From assembly GCA_043798995.1 (NCBI GenBank), contig JAZDOD010000008.1, positions 25,327-89,326 on the forward strand: a stretch of 64,000 nt of DNA, written 5' to 3'. This stretch comes from a bacterium. GTDB lineage: Bacteria > Patescibacteriota > Patescibacteriia > JAACEG01 > JAGUWE01. Below the pieces are notes generated by a model. The model saw only the letters and a program-made list of their open reading frames with translations. It did no database searches and was not told where the DNA came from. The position numbers were made by a program, and so were the translations under genes. Positions 27,755-38,687 of this stretch are shown here, one piece after another (the stretch's first letter is position 1; every line of letters starts with the position of its first letter).

Positions 27755-29371
27755 ATGTTTTTTCTTCATAAAAATTATTTTGCGATTGATATTTCAGACG
27801 AAGCGCTGATAGCGGTTAAATTAAAATCCGAAGGCAACACGTTTTCTCTTGAAAACTGGAATAGGGCCGAATTGCCGGACGGTTTGGTTACCGCCGGCAG
27901 AATTTTAAATGCCGAGGCCTTAGCCAAAGAAGTTGAAAAGTTGCTCAATTCAGCCAAGCCCTCGGCTATTAAAGTAAAAGCAGCAATTTGCCATTTGCCC
28001 GACGAGCAGGTTTATTTTCATATTTTAAAATTGCCAAAAACTCTAAACCAATTACAAATTAAAAGGATCATTGATAATGAAATTGACGAGTTTTTCCCTT
28101 TCAGCAAAGAGGAGCTTTATTGGCAGAATCGTTTGCTTGGAGTTTCTGGCGAGGAGCAGGAAATCTTGGTTACGGCGGCGCCAAAGGAAGCGGTTGATAA
28201 TTACCTCAAATTATTTAAATTTTTGAATGTAAAATTACTGGCTTTGGGCATATCTTCGGAAAGTATTGCCCGATCTTTAATAAAAGAGTATAATAATAAT
28301 GAAATATTCTTACTTGTGGATATCGGCCGGAAAAGGAGTTTGTTGGCTTTATTTGATAAAACCGGCATTAGAACTTCTTTAAATATCAATCTTGGCGGTC
28401 GGACTTTAACCGACACTTTGGTTGAGAAACTGAAAGTTAGCCCCCAGCAGGCCGAAAATCTTAAATCAGGTTCCGGCTTTGACGAAACAAAAGAAGAGGG
28501 AAGAATTTTTCTGGTTTTACAGGCAGTTTTACAGGGTTTAATCAATGAAATTAAAAAAACAATTGATTTTTATAAAAGCCAGACCGGTCAGGAGATTAAA
28601 AAAATAGTTATAAGCGGCGAAGGGCTGAAACTGGCCAAACTTGATGAATATTTGTTTAAAAATTTGTCTTTGGAAGTTAAAAAAGGCGAACCATGGTTTG
28701 CCCTGCCAAAAGAAGCTGATTCGGCTTTTTATGCCAAAGCAGTAGGGCTGGCTCTTTTGGGACAAAAAGAAAATTTAGCCAGAAGCATTAATTTTTTAGG
28801 CCGTTCCGGCGAAGAGAAAACAAAAATTTTAGAAAAATCCCAGTCATTTTTGACTAAGTGGCAGATAAAAATACCGAAAAGATTTTTTATTTATTCAACA
28901 ATTATTATTTTTTTAGTTTTTATATTTTTTTGGCTGATATTTTTTAATCAACTCCCAAAAATTGATTTAGGAAAAGAGCAGTTGCTTTCTTTGCCAGCTA
29001 ATCAATTATTAGCCAATGTCAATAAGTTAACGCTAAATGAAGGAGCTGATAATTCAAGCGCCGATATTACCGAAGAAGTTCTAAACGGAAACAATAGCGC
29101 CAGCGCCGGACAGCCAACAGCCACTTCTTCGGCGGAAGTTGAAATAACTCCGTTGACTCAGGAAACAACCAAAGTTAAAATTAACAAAACGCCAACCGGC
29201 TGGCTCAATGTCCGCCAAGGCCCGGCTATAACTTATTCAATAATTAAAAAAATTTATCCGGGAGAAATTTATTATTTGGTCTCCACCACCACTGATTGGA
29301 TCCAGATTGATTTAGGCGAAGAACTTCGTGGCTGGATTAAATCAGATTATGGAGAGATAATTAAAGAGTAA
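27755..29371 (+). CDS. pilM: Type IV pilus assembly protein PilM fused to a TM segment and C-terminal SH3b domain
   Basis: FAIDISD, LVDIGRKRS, LGGRTLT, IVISGEG, AVGLAL (actin-like PilM); TM; TPTGWLNVRQGP...WIQI...GWI (SH3b). Confidence 0.8.
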   Translation: MFFLHKNYFAIDISDEALIAVKLKSEGNTFSLENWNRAELPDGLVTAGRILNAEALAKEVEKLLNSAKPSAIKVKAAICHLPDEQVYFHILKLPKTLNQLQIKRIIDNEIDEFFPFSKEELYWQNRLLGVSGEEQEILVTAAPKEAVDNYLKLFKFLNVKLLALGISSESIARSLIKEYNNNEIFLLVDIGRKRSLLALFDKTGIRTSLNINLGGRTLTDTLVEKLKVSPQQAENLKSGSGFDETKEEGRIFLVLQAVLQGLINEIKKTIDFYKSQTGQEIKKIVISGEGLKLAKLDEYLFKNLSLEVKKGEPWFALPKEADSAFYAKAVGLALLGQKENLARSINFLGRSGEEKTKILEKSQSFLTKWQIKIPKRFFIYSTIIIFLVFIFFWLIFFNQLPKIDLGKEQLLSLPANQLLANVNKLTLNEGADNSSADITEEVLNGNNSASAGQPTATSSAEVEITPLTQETTKVKINKTPTGWLNVRQGPAITYSIIKKIYPGEIYYLVSTTTDWIQIDLGEELRGWIKSDYGEIIKE

Positions 29372-29400
29372 TTTTTCCCGAGAGTTTAAACAAAAAAATT

Positions 29401-29877
29401 ATGGTCGAAAAAAAATCAAAGGGTTTTACCCTGATTGAGCTTTTGATCGTCATTGCGATCATCATCATTCTGGCAGCCATTGTTTTTGTGGCCTTGAATC
29501 CGTTGCAGCGCTTTCAGCAGGCGCGTAATGCCAAAAGATGGGCCGACATCACGGCTGTGCTTAATGCCATCAAAATTGATCAAATAGATAATGGCGGTAG
29601 TTATATGGCCGCTATTGATCCTGGCATGGCTAACGGCACTTATCACGAAATTGGCACTTGCGCCAGTGGCGCGAGTTGTACCGGTCAAGCAGTAGAAGCG
29701 GGTTGCGTTGATTTAGCCGGATTAGTGACTGATGGCTATCTGGGCATTCTCCCAACTGATCCTCAAAGCGGCACAGCGGCTCAAACCGGTTATTATTTAA
29801 TGAAATCAGCTACCGGCATCATTACTGTTGGCGCTTGCGAAGCAGAGGCAGGGGAAACCATCAAGGCCTCACGCTAA
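29401..29877 (+). CDS. Type IV pilin (GspG/PilA-like, probable major pilin)
   Basis: G|FTLIELLIVIAIIIILAAIVFVALNP, ARNAKR, LPTDP. Confidence 0.9.
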   Translation: MVEKKSKGFTLIELLIVIAIIIILAAIVFVALNPLQRFQQARNAKRWADITAVLNAIKIDQIDNGGSYMAAIDPGMANGTYHEIGTCASGASCTGQAVEAGCVDLAGLVTDGYLGILPTDPQSGTAAQTGYYLMKSATGIITVGACEAEAGETIKASR

Positions 29878-29964
29878 AAACAAAACCAAAGTTTTAATTA
29901 GAAAATCTTAATTAGTTTGATAAAACTGTCAATTTTCAAATTGGCAGTTTTATCTACTTTTGTT

Positions 29965-31758
29965 ATGCTTGAAATCACCGACGAAATAAAATCACGGCTT
30001 GATATTGCTGAAGTTATCCGGGAGTATATCAAATTAAATCCGGCCGGGACCAATTTTAAGGCCCTCTGCCCTTTTCATAATGAAACAACCCCATCGTTTA
30101 TGGTTTCGTCGGAAAAACAGATCTGGCATTGCTTTGGCTGCGGCGAGGGCGGGGATATTTTCGGTTTTGTTATGAAGATGGAAAATATTGAATTTATTGA
30201 CGCCCTGCGGCTTTTGGCCAAAAAAGCCGGCGTTAGATTAACCCGCCAGGATCCGAAATTAGCCAGTTTGCGCGGCCGTTTGACCGAAATAATGAACGAA
30301 GCAATTGAATTTTATCAATATAATCTCTGGCAGGCGCCCTTGGGTCAGTTTGCCCGCGATTATTTAAACCAAAGAAAAATTTCAAAAGATTCGGCCCAAG
30401 AGTTCAAATTGGGTTTTGCACCTGCCAGTTGGGATAGTTTAATTAATTTTCTTAAAAAGAGAGGGTTTCAAGATCAGGACATTTTAGCCGCCGGTTTGAT
30501 AATTAAAAAAGATTCAGGCGCTGGTTTTTACGATCGTTTTAGAAATCGTTTAATTTTTCCGATTTTTGATGTTCATAATCAGCCAGTTGGCCTGGGCGGC
30601 CGAACTTTGGCTTTTGGCGGCGATGAGGAAAAGACCGCCAAATACATTAATACGCCCCAGACTTTAATTTACAATAAAAGCCAGGCAATTTACGGCCTTG
30701 ACAAAGCCAAGCTGGAAATCAGAAAAAAAGAATTGATTATTATAGTGGAGGGCTATCTGGATGTTATTTCATCTCATCAGGTCGATATAAAAAATGTGGT
30801 GGCGACTTCCGGCACGGCTCTGACAGCCGAGCATTTAAAAATTTTAAAGCGATATTCGCAAAATTTGGCTTTGGCTTTTGACGCTGATTTGGGCGGCGAT
30901 TCGGCTCGCAGCCGCGGCCTGGATTTGGCTTTGGCGCATGGGCTTAATGTCAAACTAATTTTAATTCCCCAAGGCAAAGATCCGGATGAATGCATTAAGC
31001 TTGATCCGAAACTCTGGCAGCAATCTGTGGCCCAGCCGCTAAATTTTCTTGATTATTATTTTGAAAAAACTTTTGCCAATCTGGATTTAAGCAAAGCCGA
31101 AAATAAAAAGAAAGCCGCCAAAATACTTCTGCCGCTTATTAATAAGATAGCTGATAAAATTGAACAAAACCATTACCTTAAAAAATTGGCTGAAATTCTT
31201 GGCGTGCCGGAGCAGATTTTGCACGAAAGTTTGAGCGCGCCGGCGGCAGAAAGGGGCAGACCTACTTTTCAGCCAGTCAGGGGCGAACGCCATCACCTTT
31301 TAAGTGAACGGATTTTGTCCCTGGCCCTAAAATACGGCCTAAACCTCGATTATTTAATAAATAATTTAACGCCAACAATGTTAGCCGATGATACGGCCAG
31401 AAAAATTTACAACAATCTTATAATTTATTATACTAATAGCAATGTTAAGGATTTTAGCTTTAATTTTGATTATCCGGAATTTAGAAATTTGCTGGCCGAG
31501 GAAGATTCTTCTTTGACCGCTTACGCCGACCAGTTGGTGCTACTGGCCGAGAAGGATTTTTTTGATTTTAGTCAGGATTTAATTCGCAAAGAAATTTTAG
31601 AAGACGTTAAATCTTTAAAGAAAGATTATTTTAAATCAGAACTCAAAAAAATAGAGGAAAAAATAAAACAGGCGGAGAAAATAAAAAATAATAATGAAAT
31701 CGAAAAACTATTTGAGCAATTTAACCAATTAACCAAACAATTAGCTTTGGTTAGTTAA
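29965..31758 (+). CDS. dnaG: DNA primase
   Basis: [15 protein letters not shown] zinc finger, [23 protein letters not shown]; start taken at ATG 29965. Confidence 0.97.
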   Translation: MLEITDEIKSRLDIAEVIREYIKLNPAGTNFKALCPFHNETTPSFMVSSEKQIWHCFGCGEGGDIFGFVMKMENIEFIDALRLLAKKAGVRLTRQDPKLASLRGRLTEIMNEAIEFYQYNLWQAPLGQFARDYLNQRKISKDSAQEFKLGFAPASWDSLINFLKKRGFQDQDILAAGLIIKKDSGAGFYDRFRNRLIFPIFDVHNQPVGLGGRTLAFGGDEEKTAKYINTPQTLIYNKSQAIYGLDKAKLEIRKKELIIIVEGYLDVISSHQVDIKNVVATSGTALTAEHLKILKRYSQNLALAFDADLGGDSARSRGLDLALAHGLNVKLILIPQGKDPDECIKLDPKLWQQSVAQPLNFLDYYFEKTFANLDLSKAENKKKAAKILLPLINKIADKIEQNHYLKKLAEILGVPEQILHESLSAPAAERGRPTFQPVRGERHHLLSERILSLALKYGLNLDYLINNLTPTMLADDTARKIYNNLIIYYTNSNVKDFSFNFDYPEFRNLLAEEDSSLTAYADQLVLLAEKDFFDFSQDLIRKEILEDVKSLKKDYFKSELKKIEEKIKQAEKIKNNNEIEKLFEQFNQLTKQLALVS

Positions 31759-31766
31759 ATTTTTTT

Positions 31767-33113
31767 ATGGCCAAAAAGTCAAGAACAAAAACCAAAAAGA
31801 AAAACGTAAAATCACGGAAGAAGCCGGTAAAAAAAATCAAAGCTAAAGTCAAAAAGAAAGCTTCGGCAAAATCTGAGTTTAAAAAAGCAAAAAAAAGCGG
31901 GAAACGCAGCGTCAAGAAAATTAAAAAGAAACCCTTTAGGAAAATTAAAAAAGCGGCCAAAAAAATTACCAAGAAAAAGGTTGCCAAAGAAGTTAAAAAA
32001 ATTCTGACTGATGCTGAAATCAGAAATTTAATAAACAAGGGCCGAAGCCGCGGTTTTTTGACATTAACAGAGATTTTATATGTTTTTTCCGAACTGGAAG
32101 AGTATTTGGAACTTTATGAGGATTTTTTGGATCAGCTTGATAAAAGCGGCGTGCAGATATTGGAAACTGAGCCGGGAATTTTGCAGAAAAAAGAAAAAAT
32201 TGACGAGATTTTGTCCGTCGTCACTTTTTCCAAGGAAAAAGAAAAGAAAAAATTTGATTTAGGCGATATTTCAACTGATTCAATCCAAATGTATCTTCGG
32301 GAAATCGGCAAGGTGCCGCTTTTGACTTCCGAGGAGGAAGTCTCTTTAGCTAAGCGCAAGGAAAAAAATGACAAAGAAGCCGAGCGGCGTTTGATTGAAG
32401 CCAATTTGAGATTGGTGGTTTCCATTGCCAAAAGATTTGTGGGCAAAAAACTTTCGCTTTTGGATTTGATTCAGGAGGGCAATATCGGGCTTTTCCGGGC
32501 GGTGCAAAAATTTGAATACCGCAAGGGTTATAAATTTTCAACTTACGCTACCTGGTGGATTCGCCAGGCCATTACCCGGGCTTTGGCCGATCAGTCGCGC
32601 ACTATCCGCATTCCGGTGCATATGGTGGAAATGATTAATAAATTCCAGCAGGTTGAACGCCAATTAATTCAGGACTTGGGCCGCGAACCAATGCCGGAAG
32701 AAATTGCGGCTGAAATGAGTGAAGACATTGATAAAGTCCGCCAGATTATTAAAATTTCCCAGGACACGGTTTCTTTGGAAACCTCGGTGGGCGATGATGA
32801 GGAAGACAGCACTTTGGAAAATTTCATTGAAGACATCAAAAGCATTAGTCCCGACCGGGCCACGGCCTTGCAACTTCTTAGAAACTATGTCCAGGATATT
32901 ATTCAGGGTCTGACACCCCGTGAAAGAAAAATTCTGGAAATGCGTTTTGGTTTAATTGATGGCATTTCCCACACTCTGGAAGAAGTGGGCAAAGAATTCA
33001 ATGTCACTCGCGAACGCATCCGCCAAATAGAAGCCAAGGCCTTGGAAAAAATAGAGGGCCTTAAAGGTATTGAAAAACTGAAGGATTATCGGGGAAAAGA
33101 GGGTAATAACTAA
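31767..33113 (+). CDS. rpoD: Primary sigma factor with Lys-rich N-terminal extension
   Basis: [58 protein letters not shown]. Confidence 0.97.
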   Translation: MAKKSRTKTKKKNVKSRKKPVKKIKAKVKKKASAKSEFKKAKKSGKRSVKKIKKKPFRKIKKAAKKITKKKVAKEVKKILTDAEIRNLINKGRSRGFLTLTEILYVFSELEEYLELYEDFLDQLDKSGVQILETEPGILQKKEKIDEILSVVTFSKEKEKKKFDLGDISTDSIQMYLREIGKVPLLTSEEEVSLAKRKEKNDKEAERRLIEANLRLVVSIAKRFVGKKLSLLDLIQEGNIGLFRAVQKFEYRKGYKFSTYATWWIRQAITRALADQSRTIRIPVHMVEMINKFQQVERQLIQDLGREPMPEEIAAEMSEDIDKVRQIIKISQDTVSLETSVGDDEEDSTLENFIEDIKSISPDRATALQLLRNYVQDIIQGLTPRERKILEMRFGLIDGISHTLEEVGKEFNVTRERIRQIEAKALEKIEGLKGIEKLKDYRGKEGNN

Positions 33114-34130
<1,017 letters not shown>

Positions 34131-34150
34131 AATAAATTTTTAAAAATAAA

Positions 34151-34176
34151 AAAAGGTCACAAAATTTGTGGCCTTT
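34151..34176. terminator. Intrinsic (possibly bidirectional) terminator
   Basis: aaaggtcacaaaatttgtggcctttt with an A-run upstream. Confidence 0.65.
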
Positions 34177-34221
34177 TAAAATTTTTAAAATTTGGCTTAA
34201 TTTAGTAAATGTTATATAATA

Positions 34222-34326
34222 TCAAAAAGAGGGCCCGATTGTCCAGACAAACAAGCTGAAAATTACGGCAACGCTAAGAATCAGCCAGATAATTTTTTGC
34301 CATTTTCGTTTATTTTTCTTAAGCAT
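34222..34326 (-). CDS. 34-aa single-TM microprotein
   Basis: Below the ORF-track cutoff: MLKKNKRKWQKIIWLILSVAVIFSLFVWTIGPSF*; basic N-terminus plus one TM helix, filling the intergenic gap. Confidence 0.6.
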   Translation of the reverse strand: MLKKNKRKWQKIIWLILSVAVIFSLFVWTIGPSF

Positions 34327-34378
34327 AGAAGATAGATTTTTTTACATTATAATTTAAAATTTCTAAAAAAGCAAATTT

Positions 34379-34894
34379 ATGGAGAATTTCACCTTCCCAT
34401 TTTTCAGAATATTTTCAATTTTAGTTTTTAGTTTCCTTTTCTATTATTTAATTAAAACTATTAGCCAAACTTTTTTCCAAAAAGTGGTTAAGAATTTAGC
34501 GGTTAAATTGGCAGCCAAAGAAGATGAAAAAAAACGCCTTAAAACAATTCTTCATGTGGTCAACCGCGCCACCATAATTTTGATCGTGATCATTGCTGCC
34601 TTAATGATTATTGCTGAATTAGGAATTAATATCGCTCCACTTTTGGCCGGCGCGGGGATTTTGGGTATTACTATCAGTTTTGGGGCGCAGACCTTAATTA
34701 AAGATATGATTAATGGTTTATTTATAGTTTTGGAGGGACAATTTTCGCGGGGAGATTTGATTAAAATTGGCGATATTGAAGGCCAAGTTGCTGATTTTAA
34801 TTTAAGGCGCACTTTGCTTAGAGATAATCAAAATATTTTATATTATGTTCCTAATAGTGAAATAAAAATTATTGCCAATAAAAGCCGAAAGTAA
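34379..34894 (+). CDS. mscS: Small-conductance mechanosensitive channel family protein (short)
   Basis: LLAGAGILGITISFGAQTLIKD, GDLIKIG, EGQV, VPNS. Confidence 0.88.
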   Translation: MENFTFPFFRIFSILVFSFLFYYLIKTISQTFFQKVVKNLAVKLAAKEDEKKRLKTILHVVNRATIILIVIIAALMIIAELGINIAPLLAGAGILGITISFGAQTLIKDMINGLFIVLEGQFSRGDLIKIGDIEGQVADFNLRRTLLRDNQNILYYVPNSEIKIIANKSRK

Positions 34895-34896
34895 TT

Positions 34897-36639
34897 ATGC
34901 CCAAAAAGTGGCGGGTTTTACCAAAAATTAGTCAAGAGCAAGAAAAATTATTCCCCGAGTTGAGTTCTATTATTTTACAACTTTTGGCCAATCGGGGGTT
35001 AACTTACCAAGCTGCGATTGAGAGCTTTTTTAATTTTGATTATAAAAAAGGACTTCATGATCCATATTTGTTTTCCGATATGAAAAAAGCGGTGGAAAAG
35101 ATTTTCAGCGCTATTTCGGAAAAGAAAAAAATTGTTGTTTATGGTGATTATGATGCCGATGGCGTCTGCGCCGTAGTCGTTTTAGTTAAAACCCTAAAGG
35201 AACTTGGCGTTGAGGTTGAAATTTACATTCCTCATCGCGACAAAGAAGGCTATGGGCTTAATAAGGCGGCGTTGAAACATTTGGCCAAAGAAAAAACAAA
35301 ACTTATTATTACTGTTGATTGCGGCATCAGCAATTTTGAAGAAGTTCTTTACGCCAATAAATTGGGCCTGGAAATAATTATTACCGATCACCATCATGTG
35401 CCGGAAAAATTGCCGCCGGCTTTTGCCATTATTAATCCTAAAATATTGGGAGGGAAATATCCCTTTTCCGATTTAGCCGGCGTGGGCGTAGCTTTTAAAT
35501 TAGCCCAAGCCCTGATCGGCCAGCATAAAAAGATAATCACCGACGACGGTTTACGACTTAATTGGGAGGGATTTGAAAAGTGGCTTTTGGATTTAGTGGC
35601 TATTGGCACGGTGGCTGATTGCGCTCCGCTTTTGGGCGAAAATCGCACTTTGGTTAAATACGGTCTGACGGTGCTTAACAAGACGAGATTAATCGGCCTT
35701 AAAGAATTAATCAAAGCCGCGCGATTAGGCAGAAATAACAAAATTTTTGGAGCCGAGCAGATCAGTTTTCAGATTGCGCCGCGTCTTAACGCCGCCGGCC
35801 GGATTAATCATGCCAATGACGCCTTTCAGCTGCTCATTACTTCTTCGGCTGACCGGGCTAAAAGATTGGCTGCGGGTTTAGAAAAAAATAACAGCCAAAG
35901 GCAGCGCTTGACTGAAAAAGTTATGACCGAAGCCAGAGAACAGCTGACAGAAAAAAATAAGAATAAGTTAATATTCATTTCTGGGGAGAATTGGCCGGCC
36001 AGCATTATTGGCTTGGTGGCCGGGAAATTTTCCGACGAATTTAATTTACCGGCCGTTATTGTTTCCGAAGTTGAGGGCAAAATAGTCGGCTCGGGTCGCA
36101 GCATTCCGGTTTTTAATATTATTGAGGCCTTGGAAGATTTAGCTCCTTGTTTTTCCCATTTTGGCGGACATGCCCAGGCCTGCGGCTTTGCTTTAAAAAA
36201 TAAAAAAGATAGCCGAGAATTTCAGAGCAAAATAATTAAATTAGCCAATTCATCTTTGGCCGGGCTTGATTTGACGCCGACTCTGGAAATTGACGCTGAA
36301 ATTAATTTAAGCGAGATTACTTGGCCGTTTTATCAGGGAATCAGCCGTTTTGCTCCATTTGGTTTGGGCAATCCGCCGCCAATTTTTTTAACCCGCAATC
36401 TTTCGGTTTTAAGCCATCGGCAGGTTGGTCAGAATGGCAAACATCTGAAATTATTTATTAGTAATCCCGAGGAAACTGAGATTAACCAGATGGATGGCAT
36501 TGGTTTTAATTTGGCCGGCCAGTGGCTGGATAAAATTAAAACAGGCGATAAAATTGATTTGGTTTATCAGCTTGAAGCCAACCAATGGAACGGCGATCAG
36601 CAGCTTCAGCTTAAAGTAATTGATTTAAAAATAGCATGA
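34897..36639 (+). CDS. recJ: Single-stranded DNA exonuclease RecJ
   Basis: YGDYDADG, TVDCG, TDHH, GTVAD, PRLNAAGR, GSGRS, GGHAQA. Confidence 0.97.
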   Translation: MPKKWRVLPKISQEQEKLFPELSSIILQLLANRGLTYQAAIESFFNFDYKKGLHDPYLFSDMKKAVEKIFSAISEKKKIVVYGDYDADGVCAVVVLVKTLKELGVEVEIYIPHRDKEGYGLNKAALKHLAKEKTKLIITVDCGISNFEEVLYANKLGLEIIITDHHHVPEKLPPAFAIINPKILGGKYPFSDLAGVGVAFKLAQALIGQHKKIITDDGLRLNWEGFEKWLLDLVAIGTVADCAPLLGENRTLVKYGLTVLNKTRLIGLKELIKAARLGRNNKIFGAEQISFQIAPRLNAAGRINHANDAFQLLITSSADRAKRLAAGLEKNNSQRQRLTEKVMTEAREQLTEKNKNKLIFISGENWPASIIGLVAGKFSDEFNLPAVIVSEVEGKIVGSGRSIPVFNIIEALEDLAPCFSHFGGHAQACGFALKNKKDSREFQSKIIKLANSSLAGLDLTPTLEIDAEINLSEITWPFYQGISRFAPFGLGNPPPIFLTRNLSVLSHRQVGQNGKHLKLFISNPEETEINQMDGIGFNLAGQWLDKIKTGDKIDLVYQLEANQWNGDQQLQLKVIDLKIA

Positions 36640-36649
36640 AGTGTTAATT

Positions 36650-36729
36650 AAAAATTACGAATTAAGGTTAAACTTTTTTATTTGTAATCCCATAATTCAT
36701 AATTCTTGATCCCTAATTCTTAATAATCT
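36650..36729. repeat. Degenerate heptamer arrays (aattacg / taattc-type)
   Basis: aaattacgaattaag ... tgtaatcccataattcataattcttgatccctaattcttaataatc. Confidence 0.55.
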
Positions 36730-37164
36730 ATGCAACAAATTGTCATTTACACCGATGGTGGCGCTCGCGGCAATCCCGGCCCGGCCGCTATTGGCGCGGT
36801 AATTCAATACGACCATCAGGAAAAGTATTACAGTCATTTTCTTGGCAAGACCACTAATAATGAAGCCGAATATCAGGGGTTAATCCTTGCTTTAAAAAAA
36901 GCAAAATCTCTTCTTGGCAAAGAAAAAGTCAAAAGAGCTAGTTTAGAATGCTTTTTGGACAGCGAACTGGTAGTCAAACAATTGAATCACGAGTACAAAA
37001 TTGAAGAGGAAAAATTGCAAAAACTTTTTATCCAGATTTGGAATTTGATGCTGGATTTTGGCGCAGTTAAATTTACTCATATAAAAAGAGAGCAGAATAA
37101 AATTGCCGACCGGCTCGTTAACGAGGAATTGGACCGCCAGGAAAGGCAGAGGCAACTAATTTGA
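36730..37164 (+). CDS. rnhA: Ribonuclease HI family protein
   Basis: YTDGGARGNPG, TNNEAEY, DSELVVKQ, REQNKIADRLVN. Confidence 0.92.
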   Translation: MQQIVIYTDGGARGNPGPAAIGAVIQYDHQEKYYSHFLGKTTNNEAEYQGLILALKKAKSLLGKEKVKRASLECFLDSELVVKQLNHEYKIEEEKLQKLFIQIWNLMLDFGAVKFTHIKREQNKIADRLVNEELDRQERQRQLI

Positions 37165-37214
37165 TAAATTTTTATAGGAAAAGCCGTGCCTCTTTATTTA
37201 TTTTATTCATTTTT

Positions 37215-37246
37215 AAGCATCGGATTTTCCGATGCTTATTTTTTTT
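37215..37246 (+). terminator. Intrinsic terminator
   Basis: aagcatcgga-tt-ttccgatgctt followed by a T-run. Confidence 0.75.
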
Positions 37247-37376
37247 GCTACGGGGTTGACCCCGTAGCAAATCCCAGCGGAGAATTTTTAAAATTTTGAG
37301 CCAATTTAAGGCGAAGCCGCCTGACGGCTTTATTCTAATTCTTAGCGAATTTTTTTTAGAATTGCTACGGGGTTGA
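37245..37376. mobile_element. MITE-like element (37260-37372) with ccccgtagcaa/ttgctacgggg ends, TTGA flanks, plus an extra right end at 37245-37255
   Basis: ttga|ccccgtagcaa...aaggcgaagccgcctgacggct...ttgctacgggg|ttgaca; interior is homologous to 62613-62763 (reverse). Confidence 0.8.
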
Positions 37377-37401
37377 CAAAATCGGTTATTTATGCTACAA
37401 T
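37373..37401 (+). promoter_or_regulatory. Sigma70 promoter of the structured leader / zinc-finger gene
   Basis: TTGACA, 17 bp, TG-n-TACAAT. Confidence 0.75.
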
Positions 37402-37406
37402 AAAAT

Positions 37407-37610
37407 GTTTGAAATAAAGCCCTCTTTAGTCCCAGTCAGAGGTGCCTTAAAAACCTTAAGCATCTTAAATAGAGGCGAACAATTTGTTCTTTACAAAATA
37501 TAAGTCTCTATAAGTTTGGCTGGGAATAAAGAGGGCTGTTCGTTCTTTTATAAACTTTGACCCAATAGGGTCAAAAAACATTCAAACTGCTAAGACAATT
37601 GTCTTAGCAA
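37407..37610 (+). ncRNA. Putative structured leader RNA / sRNA of unknown family
   Basis: 22/23-bp stem 37418-37440 with 37515-37537 enclosing sub-hairpins; outer gtttgaa/ttcaaac pairing; hairpins tttgaccc/gggtcaaa and tgctaagacaattgtcttagca. Confidence 0.55.
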
Positions 37611-37626
37611 AAAGGAGGTTTTTGAA

Positions 37627-38184
37627 ATGAATGAGATGATGGGTGAAAAAGAAGTGGTTGAGAAAGACCACAGTCAAGAATTTTTCTGTATGTTTTGTCC
37701 CGAGAAGCCAGGGGTGGCTTGGAGATCACTGGCCTTGACTCGCGGACCAAAGGGTGAGTATATTATAACCCCGATTTGCAATGATTGCCTTGGAGGAGCG
37801 ATCGAGGTTGCTAAAAGGGAGAGGCGATTTCTCCCGCATTACCCCGTTCAGGAGTCGGTTCAAAGGGTAGCCGAACTTAACACTCGGTTAGGCGAGCCAA
37901 TGGTTTGCGAAATTTGTTTTCAGGAGCGCTTCATAGAGTTTTCCACGGGCGTTGTGCAGGATGGCAATGGTCATTACCGCGCCCAGAGAACTTGCTGTTT
38001 TTGTAAGGCAACCCTTGAAGAGAAGAATGAAAGGATTCACTGGTTCAAAAAGACACAGGAGATCGCGGAGGAAAAAAATCGTCGCATAGCCCAAGCAACT
38101 CAGGTAGTGGCCAACTATAGCCAGCCATTCAACAGGCCGCGCGTTAGCCGCGATAACGGCAAAAAAGACCAGTACAGGAAGTAA
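37627..38184 (+). CDS. Orphan protein with four CxxC motifs (two putative zinc fingers)
   Basis: CMFC...CNDC...CEIC...CCFC; SD AAGGAGGT; own promoter and terminator; visibly more GC-rich than its flanks. Confidence 0.75.
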   Translation: MNEMMGEKEVVEKDHSQEFFCMFCPEKPGVAWRSLALTRGPKGEYIITPICNDCLGGAIEVAKRERRFLPHYPVQESVQRVAELNTRLGEPMVCEICFQERFIEFSTGVVQDGNGHYRAQRTCCFCKATLEEKNERIHWFKKTQEIAEEKNRRIAQATQVVANYSQPFNRPRVSRDNGKKDQYRK

Positions 38185-38190
38185 CATTTC

Positions 38191-38226
38191 GGCGAGGTCG
38201 CCTTTTTGGTGACCTCGCCTCTTTTT
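38191..38226 (+). terminator. Intrinsic terminator
   Basis: ggcgaggtcgcc / ggtgacctcgcc followed by tcttttt. Confidence 0.8.
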
Positions 38227-38231
38227 ATATC

Positions 38232-38260
38232 TTGACAAAATTTAAAATAAGTAATATAAT
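38232..38260 (+). promoter_or_regulatory. Consensus sigma70 promoter of rnpB
   Basis: TTGACA, 17 bp, TATAAT; RNA starts 7 nt downstream. Confidence 0.9.
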
Positions 38261-38266
38261 ATTTTC

Positions 38267-38687
38267 ACTCAGGTAAGTGGATGATCGCTCTCGTTTTTAA
38301 AAAGCGAGAGAGGAAAGTCCGAACACTCTCCGCTTTAGCGGAGAAGTAGGCAGTGGATAACGCCCACCGGAAGCAAGTTTAAGTTAAGAATGACTCTTAA
38401 GAGTTTTTGACTTAATCCCAAGTCCAGGGAAAGTACCACAGAAACTAAACCGCCCGCCTAAATTTTTTAAAATTTAGGCGGGTAAGGGTGAAAAGTGAAG
38501 GAGTAAAACCCTTCTCTCAGCGTGGTGACGCGCTTGAGTGGCAAACCCTGCCTGGTGCAAGAGCAAGTTTTCCCGCCGATGAGGCGGGGAAGGTAGCTCG
38601 CTTGAGTCCGACGGCAACGTCGGACCTAGATAGATGATCATCCCGCCGATGAGGCGGAACAGAATTCGGCTTATAGCTTGCCTGAGT
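38267..38687 (+). ncRNA. rnpB: RNase P RNA
   Basis: P1 actcaggtaag/cttgcctgagt; GAGGAAAGTCCG, ACAGAAA...ACCGC, GGGTGAAA, GGCAAACCC, AGATAGATGAT, ACAGAATTCGGCTTA. Confidence 0.96.

Noticed and set aside
31751-32038. Phe/Leu-rich minus-strand membrane-like ORF
   Set aside because: Mirror of the Lys codons in the rpoD N-terminal extension.
37407-37610. 6S RNA, tmRNA or SRP RNA identity for the structured leader
   Set aside because: It lacks the single long rod with a central bubble, tRNA-like ends with a tag ORF, and the SRP helix-8 motif; left unassigned.
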